Source of the DNA: Felis catus
Lineage: Eukaryota
Assembly (NCBI RefSeq): GCF_018350175.1
Contig: NC_058368.1
Coordinates: forward strand, 230,084,001-230,148,000
Direction: 5' to 3'
DNA: 64,000 bases
The first letter of the stretch is position 1. Each line of letters opens with the position of its first letter. Below are positions 39,503 to 52,109 of the stretch, one piece after another. Position numbers and translations under genes: made by a program. The notes under the pieces are model-generated. The model searched no databases, had not been told where the DNA came from, and worked only from the letters and a program-made list of their open reading frames with translations.

Positions 39503-42500
39503 CTCTCCCGCTCGTTTCTAAAGATAGGAGGATATTGATATTTATCAAAATAATCTTTCAGCCTTTAAATTGGTATACTCAGTGTATAGACATTATGAGC
39601 CATTCTGGAATTCTCATCTCACACTTCCTTCCAAGCAAGAATTGTAGCCACTATTTTCATAAAGAAAACGTTGTGGTGGACACTTAGAAAGTTAAAACCC
39701 AAAGAACTGTTGTGTTCTAGGAGAATCTAGGATGCCCATTTAATAGAAACATCTTGGTATCTGAAACTAAGCTAACTACAGGGTGCAGTGTAGCTTAAAG
39801 TACAGCTTAAAAAAGGAAAATTACGGCATATAGTATGTAATTTTCAAGATAAATTACTATTTCTAAATAATATAGGAATGAAGGAGTTATCAGAACAAAA
39901 GGATTTTGATAATTATGTTCTAGATACCTAAGTGCATATTGTTGAGTAATTTGAAAGACAATAAACCAAAGCAAGATCTTTCAAATCCATGATTTTAGAT
40001 TGTTTGAAAATACCATTAATCTCTTTACAACCTTTTTTATAAAAATATTTCTAAATCTATTTGAAATTTTGCTCTGAATAAAGCTTAAGCTTTCTGCATA
40101 ATCTTGGGTTAACTCAGAAGTCCCCATTCATATTCATGGTTTTGCTAAAGATCTAGCAAATCCATTGCTTGCTTAGTATTTAGGAGACTACAAAACCAGC
40201 TTCCAAACTAAGCTTTATTTGATTATGCTCCCATGAGGATATTGCTTTTTATTGAATCATTTTTTTTCTCCATAAGTTTCTCTTGAGCACCAAGGCAGAG
40301 TTAAAAATAGATCCGAGTTGGCTGGAATTATGTAGAACTGTAGTGTATATTTCTTATTTATGAACTATAGAAGAATTTCCCTTCTTTTTGGTCTCCCTTT
40401 TTGAATATCTACAAATAAAATATACTTCACTGAAAGAAGACTTTGGTGTTACGGAGCATTTGATTTCTTTTAACAGAAATTAGATAGTTTACTAGCATTC
40501 TCAAGCATAACAATGTCTCCTATAAAAAAATCTACTTTCACACACCTGATAGAACATTCAAGCGAAGCATCGTTCCCTCATTTGGTGTTGCGGACCTAAT
40601 AAACAGTCCCGTTTTCACTTGGGAAGGCCCAAGAATGAAAGTGAATGGAAACAAGTCAAGCTTTGATTTCCATGTCCTTCAGGATGGGGCGAAGCAGCCC
40701 TTACTTCTCCAAATCTCACAGCCAGTGACTGCATTTGTGGCCAGGCATCCTTGTTGTCTGCATTGCCATGTGCTGCAAACACCCATCTGCCCAGATTAGC
40801 ACAGTGCAAACCTGGCGTTTCTCTCCTCAAATATTTTCGTCACCTCCATGATGTCAACACAGGCCTGCTGCCTCCTGTCCGAAGACCAGAGACCCAGTTG
40901 TGTCTCCTGAAGCCAAAGACCTAAACTGCCAGCCCCCAACAGCTTTGTTTGGCCCTAGCAACCGCTGAGGCCACCTCACTGCTGGTGATGAGAAGCTTCC
41001 TAATGTCCCCACCAATCTCAGGGCAGATCAAGATTAGTTCAAAGAAATGCCTGGCACACCTGTATTCATCCTATTCAGCAGGCGTGTCCATGCTTATTTC
41101 CTGTGTGGTCGTGGTTCAGACTGTGGCCCAGATTCCAGGCGGAAATGCCCTCTTGCCTAATGCAGGCTCAGGATGGGGTGACAGGGTTTGGCATCAGTGC
41201 GTAGCTGGACATTTGGGACAGAGTCCTCTGAGGACCCTGGCCCTTGTCACAAGTCCCTATCACCAGCCCTAGATCCTTCACCTCCTTTTTGGTGATTTTT
41301 GAGGGACCGTGACTCCCACTATAGTCTGGCTGTCCCTCTTCCTCCAATTACTTTGACTTTCTAAAATCTCCAAGCATGGGGGGATAACTCCTGAATGTAT
41401 TTAATAAGAAACTTCATTTTTTTAAGTGAACTACCGTGAATAACAGCTTTTCATATCATTGGTTGCTGTGTTTCACTTGATAAACCCAAAGTGAGTATAT
41501 AGATGAAAAGCTGGCAAATCAGTCTTCAAGAGCATGGCTTTGAGGTGCTGAGAATAATCTGTGTGTTCCAGAAAGCCTCTGTGCATACAGCCCAAGGCAG
41601 GCTTGGCTTGATTTTACCACGATGTCTCCTTGATGGATGACGTTGTCATTTGACACCTAGTACATTTGCAGGAGTAACAATACATCCATTCTTTCTGAAC
41701 CCTGGACGAGACGCCTCAGCTTAGAGACCAATTGTGAAAATGATATTGATTGATAAGTCCCCTGGGAGCTATTACATGTGATTCTCTTTGCTCTCTGTAT
41801 GTATTCCCATACTGAATGGTTTTTTTTAAACTGATTCTGTTAATATTATTATATTATCATGGTATTCTAGTTTATTTACTTTTCTAGAGAAATCTGTTTA
41901 CCTCTACTTAGAAAAATGCATCTTGGTATCCAAGTCATAAACTGTTGCCATTATGACACCCTGGGGTACCTGTGAGGAGGACATTCATTATGCAAATGTT
42001 TATTGTACATTTCTGTGTCCGCTGTTCTCCAAGTGCCAAGGGAAATATAAAGCATGAGATCACCCTCTCTCCTTTAAGAGAATACGGTAACATTTACAAG
42101 ACAAATTTATATGAGATGTTAAATACAGTGACATTGTAGTTAGAAGAGTATCATCCAGTGACAGAGTTCTTGGTGAGAAACTATAACTAATGGAACAAAT
42201 AAAAATGTCCCACAGCTGCATACTGAAGTGCTGTAGGAAGAGATGTTGGGGGAAAGTCCATTAACTCCATCCATGCTGTTTTTGATCTCAAGTGAAACAT
42301 GCAAGAAATAAGAAAGGTGATCTTTAGAACCCAGAGGTTTAGGGGATTAGCTGAAGTAAGGCACGTTCAGAGAGACTTGGAGGTGGGTGGGAGGGAGGGC
42401 GAGAGCCAAGGGCATACTTGCAGGTGTCCTTGTCAAGGTCTGGTCAAGGCTGGGCAGGCGAGCCAGTGTAATTGTGATCAGCCACGCTGTGCCTCGTGCA

Positions 42501-42719
42501 AGTCTCTGTTCGTTCCCGCAGCCGGCACTGATGGCGGACGTGGTGGGTCTGTGTGAGTCCTACAGGTTCATAGCTAAGAACGTGGCCTCTGGCCCCTGAC
42601 TGTCTGAGCTCTAGACCATGCTCTGCCATTTACAGGATCAGTGGTTTGGAGCCTAAGTTCCACTTCTTGGCACCTTGGTTTTCTGCTTTCTTTTATTTTG
42701 GTAAAATAGACATAACATA

Positions 42720-42910
42720 GGGGTGCCTAAGTGGCTCAGTCAGTTGAGCGTCCAACTTCGGCTCAGGTCCTGATGTTGCAGTTGGTGAGTTTGAGCCCTG
42801 CCTCGTGCTTACTGCTATCAGCGTGAAGCCCGTTTCAGATCCCCTGTCGCCCTCTCTCTCAGCACCTCCCCGCTGGTGCTCTCTCTCCAAAATAAATAAA
42901 CATTAAATAT
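42720..42910 (+). mobile_element. CanSINE nested in L1MB
   Basis: ggggtgcctaagtggctcagtc head, aaaataaataaacattaaa tail. Confidence 0.92.
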
Positions 42911-43370
42911 ATATAAAACATAAAATTTGCCATCTTAATCATGCTTAAGCGTACAATTCAGTTTCAGTAAGTATATTCACACTGTTGTGCAGCCATCACC
43001 ACTGTCTATTTCTAGAACATCTTCATCTTCTAAAACTGCATCTCTGTGCCCATTAAATAATAACTCCCCATGTCCTTCACCCCCAGCCCCAGGTATTCTC
43101 TATCCTACCTTCTGTCTCTATGAATTTGACTCCTCTTGGTAGCTCATGTAAATGGAATCATACAATATTTGTCCTTCCATGTCTGGCTTATTTCACCTTG
43201 CACAATGTCTTCAAGATTCAGCCATGGACCACATTTGTTTACCCATCCACCTGTTGATGGATGTTTGGGTTGTTTCTACCTTATTGGAATAACCCTTATT
43301 GGGTTGTTTCCACCATTAATTGTGAATAATGTCACTGTGAACATGGATGTACAAGTAGGAGTCCTTAGTT

Positions 43371-43403
<33 letters not shown>
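43371..43403. repeat. (TTG)11 microsatellite
   Basis: Direct reading. Confidence 0.95.
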
Positions 43404-43406
<3 letters not shown>

Positions 43407-44309
43407 GGTGTACCTGGAATGGAAATTTCTGGTTCAAATGGTACTTCTGTGTTTAACTTTGTACCTTCATTTTCTTATGTATGAAACAGGGACAGTGATA
43501 GTTCCTGATGAGCAGGGCTGTTTTAAAGATTGAAGGCTAGTGTCTTTGAAATCTTTAGACCTGTTTCAGAGCATATGGAATATGAAGAGTTATAGATAAG
43601 CGCTGGCTGGTTGATTTTACCTGAAGGCACAGCCCTGTGCAGGCTGCATGGTGGCATGAGGGGGTGCGGTCTGAACACCAGCACCTCTACCAACAAGGCC
43701 AGCGCAGCCGTGAGTAGCGTTGGACACATCTTCGGATTCACATGAAGCTCATGACAGTACTGTTCTCCCTCTAGCTTTTGAGGTTTCTGGTACCTCACGG
43801 GTAGGCAACAGAATTCTGGGTCTCCTTTTCTACAAAGCCCGGGATCTTAAGTCAGAATTTTTGAGTTGCGCCTCTTCCTGAATTCTTTGGGAATATCAAA
43901 TATGATCATATGTTTTTAATTTGAAAATGTTATTCGTAGTGCATAAAGACAGTGTGTCCTTTTGTGCAGTCTGTAAACTTAGCTCTGAAATATCACATGT
44001 GTTGCCAGGGGCCACCTCGTGAAGGTGGGTCTCCAGAGAGGCACTTTCTAGTCGATAACTCAGCAATTACTGAGAACTGATAATCCAGTAACCAGTTCGT
44101 ACTGGTAATTGTGCTCTAAGTGCTCCAAGGTGGGCTGAGTTTGAAAAATCTCCTTTCATACAAAATTCTATCTTGGATGTGTGACTATAACTAAAAAGCA
44201 CTGAAGCCCTCACTAACGCTATCTCTCATGAGGAGGGTAGGACCATAGATCTGTTCCTTGGTTTCACTGGGAAAAGGTCATTTTATAATAAACATAAAAA
44301 CCACTTTCA

Positions 44310-44535
44310 GGGGCTCCTGGGTGGCTCAGTTGGTTTAGCATCCGACTTCGGCTCAAGTCATGATCTCGTGGTTCATGGGTTCAAACCCCATGTCGGGCTC
44401 TGTGCTGACAGCTCAGAGCCTGGAGCCTGCTTCGGATTCTGTGTCCTCCCCTACCCCCCACCCCTGCTTCTTCTCCCCTGCTCATGCTCTGTCTCCCTCT
44501 GTCTCTCAATAATGAATGTTAAAAAATTAAAAAAA
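44310..44535 (+). mobile_element. CanSINE (first of a head-to-tail pair)
   Basis: Preceded by aaaaaccactttca at 44296-44309. Confidence 0.93.
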
Positions 44536-44547
44536 AATCATACTTTC

Positions 44548-44747
44548 GGGGGGCCCAGGTGTCTCAGTCAGTTAAGCTAACTTCAGCTCAGGTCATGATC
44601 TCAAGGTGTTAGTGAGTTCGAGCCCTGCGTCAGGCTCTGTGCTGACAGCTCAAAGCCTAGAGCCTGCTTCAGATTCTGTGTCTCCTCTGTCTCTGCCATT
44701 CCCCTGCTCGTGCTCTTTCTCTCAAAAACTAAATAAACATTAAAAAA
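44548..44747 (+). mobile_element. CanSINE (second of a head-to-tail pair)
   Basis: Followed by aaaaaccactttca at 44748-44761. Confidence 0.92.
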
Positions 44748-46098
44748 AAAAACCACTTTCAACTTCTTTAGACACCCTGCTTTCCTAACTTAGGTAACCT
44801 TAAATATTCTGTTTAAATTCCGTGTCAAATAATATCATTCAAAGAATTCTGAGAATTGTGAGCCATGGATCAATGAACACAGCATAGAAAGGATTCAGGT
44901 GAAAGGACACCACTGTAGTCTTGTTTGTTTGCTTCCTTCACATGATGGGAAACAGAGATAGGTTTGCAAAGTGAATTCATTATACATTTACAATTTGCTG
45001 TACGATACAAGTGCTGGTGAGTATCGCCAGCATAAAACATCTATACTACATTTATTATGTTATGGGCGGTACTTTTGTCAAAGCGTGTGGGTTACTTTAT
45101 TGAGGAAACAAAAGGTGGCCTTTTTAGGGAGAGAAATTTGTTGAGAAAGCTGCCCCCCCCCCATCGTTGTCTCTAGTACCTATCTTCGAATTGCCTCAAA
45201 TCCTCTGGAGAGGGCTTTGTTGGGGAAAGACCCTTGTGCACAGGGTTCCCCGTGCATGCCAGGTCACCGTTCGCTCCCTCCCGTGAAAACAGCCAGAACT
45301 GGAGTCTCCTTTCAGCTGGTCCTTCTAGACCCAGAACAACAATAAAAATCCTCTGTTTGCTGATGCTTGAAATTCTGTGAGCCAAAGAACAAAAGCTTTT
45401 CATTCCACAACTTGCAACCAGAATACATTTGGTTTAATGCTTTAGTGTGATTATGTCGAACTCAGAGGGGTCATAAGTCAAGAAAACCATTAAAATGAGC
45501 GGGTTTTGTTAGGAGGTCAAAGGGCAGGCGTTGTGACCAAGTGCCTGAAATGGAGGGGGGTCAGGCAGAGGGAGCGTGAGAAGATGGAGACCAGGAGTGG
45601 GGTACGGGAGGGGTGGGGGTTTGGGGCAGGGGAGGGGTTAGAGATTCCAGCGGGGGCTTTCCAGCTTCCCCTGTCTGCAGTCCTACCTTTATCTGAGGTA
45701 TTTACGAAAGAAGCTGGCCCTTCAGGGATTTAAAATTTCTGCCCATCATGATGTATGAGGATCACTTTTTAAACATGGTTGAACTTGTAGAACCAGGGCA
45801 TTAATTCCCTGAAGAATCACTGTGACAATAACATAGATAAAGCACCAGGACCCAGGGCCAGAGGTGCGGGTGGAGGCCTGGCCTGCGCTTACGTGGTGCC
45901 AGGTGAAAAGCAGGCAAGAAGAGGTCAGTGCTGGCCTTGTCCGAGGAGGGCGGATCTGGAGCCCGGGTCAGTAGGCTGTCTGTGAAGCAAGGGTGGACAG
46001 GGTTGGGAAATGTGAAGAGGAAGCATTCCAGCCAGATACTTCAGAGACATGGAGGGGGAGAGACACTGGCAGATAGACAGGAGAAAGAAAGGGAGAAA

Positions 46099-46100
<2 letters not shown>

Positions 46101-46143
<43 letters not shown>
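46101..46143. repeat. (AC)21 microsatellite
   Basis: Perfect run. Confidence 0.97.
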
Positions 46144-46147
<4 letters not shown>

Positions 46148-48214
46148 AGTCACAGATGCAGGACACCTTCCCTGCACTGGATCTTTTCAGACACCAGTGA
46201 AGGGACCAGTCCATTATCTCATTGTATCCACTTGGTGATGACCTGGGATTGTCACGGGTTCCTCTCTCAAGAGATGTGGACTCCAGCCTGTGGTCCTCTG
46301 CACCTGAACCTCTAACCCTGTGGGTACCTGAGCAACCACTTGGTATAAAGTGCTAAAATATAAATAGAGGATTGAAGTGTCCTGTTCTGGGCGCTGACAC
46401 TCGGGATCATTGATTGTTGAGGGATCGGTGGTTCTGTAATTGCACCTCCATTACTTATCCTCTGTACCTTTATGTCTACTGGGAAGTTATTTTTCCAAGG
46501 CATAGAAACCGTAAATAAGCACCTTAAAAATTAATCTTATGTGATTTGAAAATAACACTTCAGCTACTGTGGAATGATTTGCTTTAGGGCTGGCACACAT
46601 CTTGGAGAAAACGTAGTTGTTATCCTTCATAATTGCGTTATGTATTTAGTTTTGAACAGAGCCACTATTTGTGGATTCGGTGTGAAATTAGTATCAGCTG
46701 TGGAATTTTTTTAATCTCAATATTCAGTAGCAAGTAACGCGGGGAAGCAAGGTCAACGCATACCATCATGCCACACAGAGCCACTGTCACTCTTCGATAT
46801 CAGAAGGATTGGACAGTATGCATTGAAAATGTCCTCATTTTCCCACAGAACGTTGATTTTTAAAAGTATTAAAAATGTATCTGTGTTTCTCTACAAAAGT
46901 ATATGTGCGTAAGTAGTTTATAGAGACAGCATTTATCGTATTGAATTTTTCTGATGTCCAGAAATTTCCGTCTGCACCTTTATCATCAGAATGGTGCCTG
47001 TGTCTGTGGACTAACGGGATTTAATTAGTCCTGAATAATGCAATGTGATATCCTGCTCTGGCCCCGTCTGCCATCTTGTCATGAGTAGGGGATAATGAGA
47101 ATGAGTGGGAAATACTGGTTTATGGTGTCTTTGGACATTAGAGTCTCATTCACATGGAGAAGGAACTGGCTGGCTGCAGCAAATCCTCATTGTGAGTGCC
47201 GATTTGATATTATCTCCCCGCAGATAGAGTCTGGATAGAATGGTGAATTCTAAGATGGAAAATACAGTCGATTGTAGTCTGTGACAGTGCTTCCAGAGGG
47301 GTGACACTAACAAAACACCAGATTGTAATGATGGGATTATTATTGGCAACTTGGAGTTTTACAACTGGAAGGTAACCCTACAGGTCTCAGAAGAAAACAA
47401 ATAAATTCCTGTATATATGAGGTTTGTCCAAAATCATGAAGTCAAGACTGTACAGCTGGATTCTAGGACTCCCAGGGCCCTTTCCCTCAAACCACATAGT
47501 TCGGAGATTGAGTAATAAACTATAGCTCCATCAATCTGTCATGCAAATTTCACTTTCTCTCCTCCAACACACACAGAATCAAAAACCTGTTTGAGTGACA
47601 ATATTAAAGAGATTACTCTTTCTGTAACATTTACCCATCTATTTAATATTTAATTTTTTTTTCATTTTCACACTCTTGTTGCCGGAATTACTAGCCATCG
47701 GTCACTCAGCATGCCTGCTTGATTTGAGATGGAGCGCTTCTTCTCTGTGCTTTAACGTTGCCGGATGAAGCTCATCTCATACACCTGGACGGACTACGGG
47801 TTACAGCAGCGTTCTTTGTAAATGTAATCGGTTATCAGTAAAGGGCAAGAAAGGACACCTTATAAATTATTCTTATTGGGGGTGTGTCCAGTGTCACTTG
47901 TCGTTGTAATGGAATATGTAGCTTTCTGCATCATTTCCTAATGGATGTTTTACATCGAGAGCCATTGTGTTTGCTGCCCTTGACACTATGCCCAGCCTCA
48001 GAAGGGCTGCAACATGACCACAGTGGAACTGCACAAGAGGATAAAATCATGGCTAACCCTCTTTATACATTTACTATATACCTAATTTCTGCCGTATACT
48101 GTCTTAGGACTAGAAGACTAATAATGTGTAGCAGACTATTTTGAAGAATGCTGAGGAAGTTCACGGTAATGTTGATTAAGTATGTGTTGAACGGTAATGG
48201 TAGTGGGTTTGATG

Positions 48215-48360
48215 ATGACAGACATGTATTGAGCATTTACTATGATTTAAGCATTGTGCTAATTATCTCACCTGGGTTATAGAGCAACCCTTATTCCTCT
48301 GTAAGAATGACAAGGAAGAAACAGAGGCTTAGACAGATTAAATAAATTGCTCAAGAATAA
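48215..48360 (-). mobile_element. MIR fragment
   Basis: gtattgagcatttactatg...gaaacagaggcttagacagattaaataaattgctcaag. Confidence 0.65.
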
Positions 48361-48490
48361 TCAAGGAAGGCTCACTTAGAAGAGTCCTCTGATATGCACC
48401 TTGATGTTAAGATAGAATTTATTTGACATTGCAGTTGCTGGGGGAAGGAAGTAAAATTAAAAGGTAACTAACACTAAAAATGCATGGCCA

Positions 48491-48711
48491 GGGCACCTGG
48501 GTGGCTCAGTTGGTTAAGCGTCAGACTTCGGCTCAGGTCACGATCTCACTGTCCGTGAGTTCAAGCCCCGCGTCGGGCTCTGTGCTGACTTCTCAGAGCC
48601 TGGAGCCTGTTTCAGATTCTGTGTCTCCCTCTCTCTGACCCTCCCCCATTCATGCTCTGTCTCTCTCTGTCTCAAAAATAAACATTAAAAAAAATTTTTT
48701 AATAAAAAAAT
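48491..48711 (+). mobile_element. CanSINE (SINEC_Fc-type)
   Basis: TSD aaaatg(c/a)atggcca at 48477-48490 and 48712-48725. Confidence 0.95.
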
Positions 48712-49789
48712 AAAATGAATGGCCATATTAGGTTTGAAAAAAGCCTTTGGCTGTGTCATTTTTCTGGTATGCCCAATTTTCCTTTGGTATAAATATTTAT
48801 TGTATTTCAAAGTGGTAATAAGTACATCATCTGCTTGCACGTCCAAAGGAGAATACCTCTACTTCTCCCTGAATTGAAATAGAACATACAGAAAATAGGA
48901 AAATGCTGAAAATTACATTAAGCAAACTATAAACCAAATAGCACAAAGTTATAGTTCCTTTTCATTTATTTCTTCGGGTTTATAGAATCACAGAGTTCCA
49001 TGGTGAAACATACATCATTGTCATCATTAGCATTTCTCCTAAACAGAAATCCTGACTATATTCAGTCTATTTATCGCAAACTGGTAGGTGCTGAGCTCTG
49101 GTATATGGTAGATGAAATAACACAGCTTCCCTACAAAGCTGCTGAGATCAGGGCTGCCCATCTGACTAGTGAAAGCAGGGGGCACTGTGGTTGATGAGTT
49201 GCCATTGGATGAAGCCAGTCAAAAGTAGAGGGGCCACAATTTCAGGTCAGGCTAGATGGCATCAGTCAGAACCAAAAGGAAATTACATAAGGCCTTGGAG
49301 AGACTTCTGGGTGACAAGTTGCTGTGACTGAAATCTAGGCCCAATGCTACGCTGTAGGCTGCTCAGAAACACCTGTAAAAGGGATCCTGCTACTATACCC
49401 TTGCTTGCGGCCTAGTGCACACTTCACTCTGCCTCTGTGAATTTTGGCATCCCTGCTTCATGAGTGGTTCAGTCCACCATGATTTAGTTCTCCTGTGGAG
49501 GATTTATACTCATAGCAAACATCACAGAGTAACCTGGTTCTTCTGTTTAATTTAGGTTAATCCTAGGATCCAGTAGGGGCAGGGCCATGGTAATACGAGG
49601 GAGTCAACAATGCTGATGCAGATGGGCCTACCTAGTACAATGCAGTGAAATGCTAAGTGTAGAGAGCGACCCAAGCTTTGTCAGAAAAGGGAGCCCTGAA
49701 GTAGAGGTAGTCCAAGGTCAGTCCTTCCCCTGTCAGGTCACAGTTTTCCTAGGAAGAGGGGATTAAAGTTTATGCCTGAACTAGACTCT

Positions 49790-50340
49790 CTTCCTTCCTT
49801 TTTTCCTCCCTGCCTTCCATTCATCCTTTCATCCACCCATCCATCCGTCCAGAAAACACTTATTCGATACTTTCTTTGTGACTCATGGTGCTCATGTACT
49901 GGTGTGGGGAGACGATAAGCCAGTAAACAAGGAAATAAAATCCAGATAACTTCAAACAGTGTCTTGTATCTACCCCTGAAAGTGTAGATGCAGAGGCCCA
50001 GGGCCAATGGTCAAGGACTGTAGCCCTCTAATACTTAGCAGTTGAGCAGAAGGAAGGAGCCCACAAAAGAGAATGAAAAGTAAACCATAAGAGCCTTTAA
50101 GTCACAACTGCCAAGAAGAAAGGATTCCAAGAAGGAAGCTGTCAGGTGTGTTCAATACTGCTTTGAAGATGTGTAAGATAAATCAAGACTAGTAACTGTT
50201 GGATATGCTAACATGGAAGTCATTAGTGACCTGGGCAAGACCAATGTCAGTGAAATGGGGAACTTGAAAGTCCAAGAATGGTACTCAAAGTAGTGGAGCC
50301 CTTTTGAAAAGTTTTGCTGTAAAAAGGAGCAGTAAATCGT
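49790..50340 (-). mobile_element. L2 fragments with a short CCAT/CATT-like tail
   Basis: ccattcatcc...ccatccatcc tail, then gtcaggtgtgttcaatactgct and aacatggaagtcattagtgacctgggcaaga. Confidence 0.6.
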
Positions 50341-50482
50341 TGCTGTTAAGAATGGACTAATCGTGTGTGGTCTATAAAATTATGCTGAGCTGAATTCTGG
50401 GTCCACTGTTTGCCAGCTATATTGTAATGGGCTGGTGCCTAGCCTTACCAAGCCTCAGTTACTTCATCCATACAGTGATTTT

Positions 50483-50503
50483 ATTTTTTAAATGCTTATT
50501 TAT

Positions 50504-50555
<52 letters not shown>

Positions 50556-50710
50556 GGGGAGCAACAGGGAGAGAAGGAGAAAGAATCCCAAGCAGGATCC
50601 ACACTGTCAGTGTGGAGCCCCATATGGAGCTTGATCTCTTGACTGAAAGATCATGTCCTGAGCCAGTATCAAGAATCGGATGCTCAGCCATTTGAAGCAC
50701 CCATGTGTCC
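50483..50710 (-). mobile_element. CanSINE with a long (GA)n tract (50507-50553), inserted in a MIR
   Basis: TSD ccataca(g/a)tgatttt at 50468-50482 and 50711-50725. Confidence 0.9.
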
Positions 50711-51446
50711 CCATACAATGATTTTTATAGGGCCTATTAAGGAAGGATGCATAGGGCTAAATGTTTTCTCTCTCTATCTCTCTTTTTTTTTAAATTACCC
50801 TTGTATGTGTGTTTGGAGGTAGAGAAAGGGCCCAGAAAAAAAGAAAGAAAGAAAGAAAGAAAAAGCAAGAAGCAAAACCATAGACATTTTGGGGGTGAAA
50901 TTATATTATCTTAAAATTATTTAAGTAACATGTAATTAGTGTTACCCTGTCATAGAGAGAAGACTTTAGACATCTTGAGAATTACCTTAACTTGATTTTA
51001 TATGCAAGTATTTTCATTCAGTAAGGATGATGTAAAGGCGTGACTTGTTTATATTCTTCTTAGATTTGTTAGTTACATATATATCTTAAAGTAGATGTAA
51101 AATTGCCGAAGATCAAATTAAGCCAGTGATTTAAGGGATAAGAGAATAATTGCATGATTTAAGCATATTTTGTGTTGGGTACTTAGCAGTGTTCATTTTG
51201 CAGATCTCATCTGGAACTTACACATATTGTAAAACGTAAAATGAAACTAGACCTTGCTGCTACTTGGAATATTGAAATTCTTTTTGCTATTGGAAAGTAA
51301 TTATGGTAATATACTTGCCCAAGAAATATATATTCATGTGGAAGATTAATTCTAGGTAGTAGGAACAATGTAAACATGGGCCACTGCATAGTTACTATCA
51401 TTAATAACCAAAGTTACTATGTTGATGTAGGAATGCCATGCCAATT

Positions 51447-51665
51447 GGAGCACCTGGGTGGCTCAGTCGGTTAAGTGTCTGACTTCGGCTCAGGTCATGA
51501 TCTCGCGGTTTGTGAGTTTGAGCCCCGCGTCAGGCTCTGTGCTGACAGCTCAGAGCCTGGAGCCTGCTTGGGATTCTGTGTCTCCCTGTCTCTCTGCCCC
51601 TCACCCACTCACACTCTGTCTCCCTCTCCTTCAAAGATAAGTAAACATTTTTTTAAAAAATCAAA

Positions 51666-51704
<39 letters not shown>

Positions 51705-51706
51705 AT
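51447..51706 (+). mobile_element. CanSINE with an (AAAT)n tail expansion
   Basis: TSD tgccatgccaat at 51434-51445 and 51710-51721. Confidence 0.95.
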
Positions 51707-52109
51707 GGGTGCCATGCCAATAAGTAGATCTTGTTTTAAATTCATACCATCTCTTTGAGGTAGGAAGGGTAAAAGAAAATCCCCACTTTTCACATGGCAA
51801 GATTAGGTTAGTTAATGTGATCGTTTGGTAGTAGGTATGATTAAAAGCAAGACGCTCTGACGATCATCATGGTACTTTCGTCTCTAGTGAGGCATCAGCA
51901 TAATTAGATTGATACTTTGCAAGCAAGAAAATGTCAAACACAGCTCACAACATTGTGCAAGTAGTTAGTTTTCATTCTAAATGCTTTCTAATGGCAGCCA
52001 AAACATCTCTGGCTCAATTTATACAGTTTTTCAGTAAACACAAAATGAGTATTCTAGCTGTAGCCATTACTCCATGCCGAAGACAAAGTGGGTCTGTGGC
52101 TGTGAAGAT

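Larger units (their letters stand above)
42690..43460 (-). mobile_element. L1MB-like 3' fragment inserted in a MIR
   Basis: aaaatttgccatcttaatc...tatattcacactgttgtgcagccatcaccac...tgtaaatggaatcatacaatattt. Confidence 0.85.
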
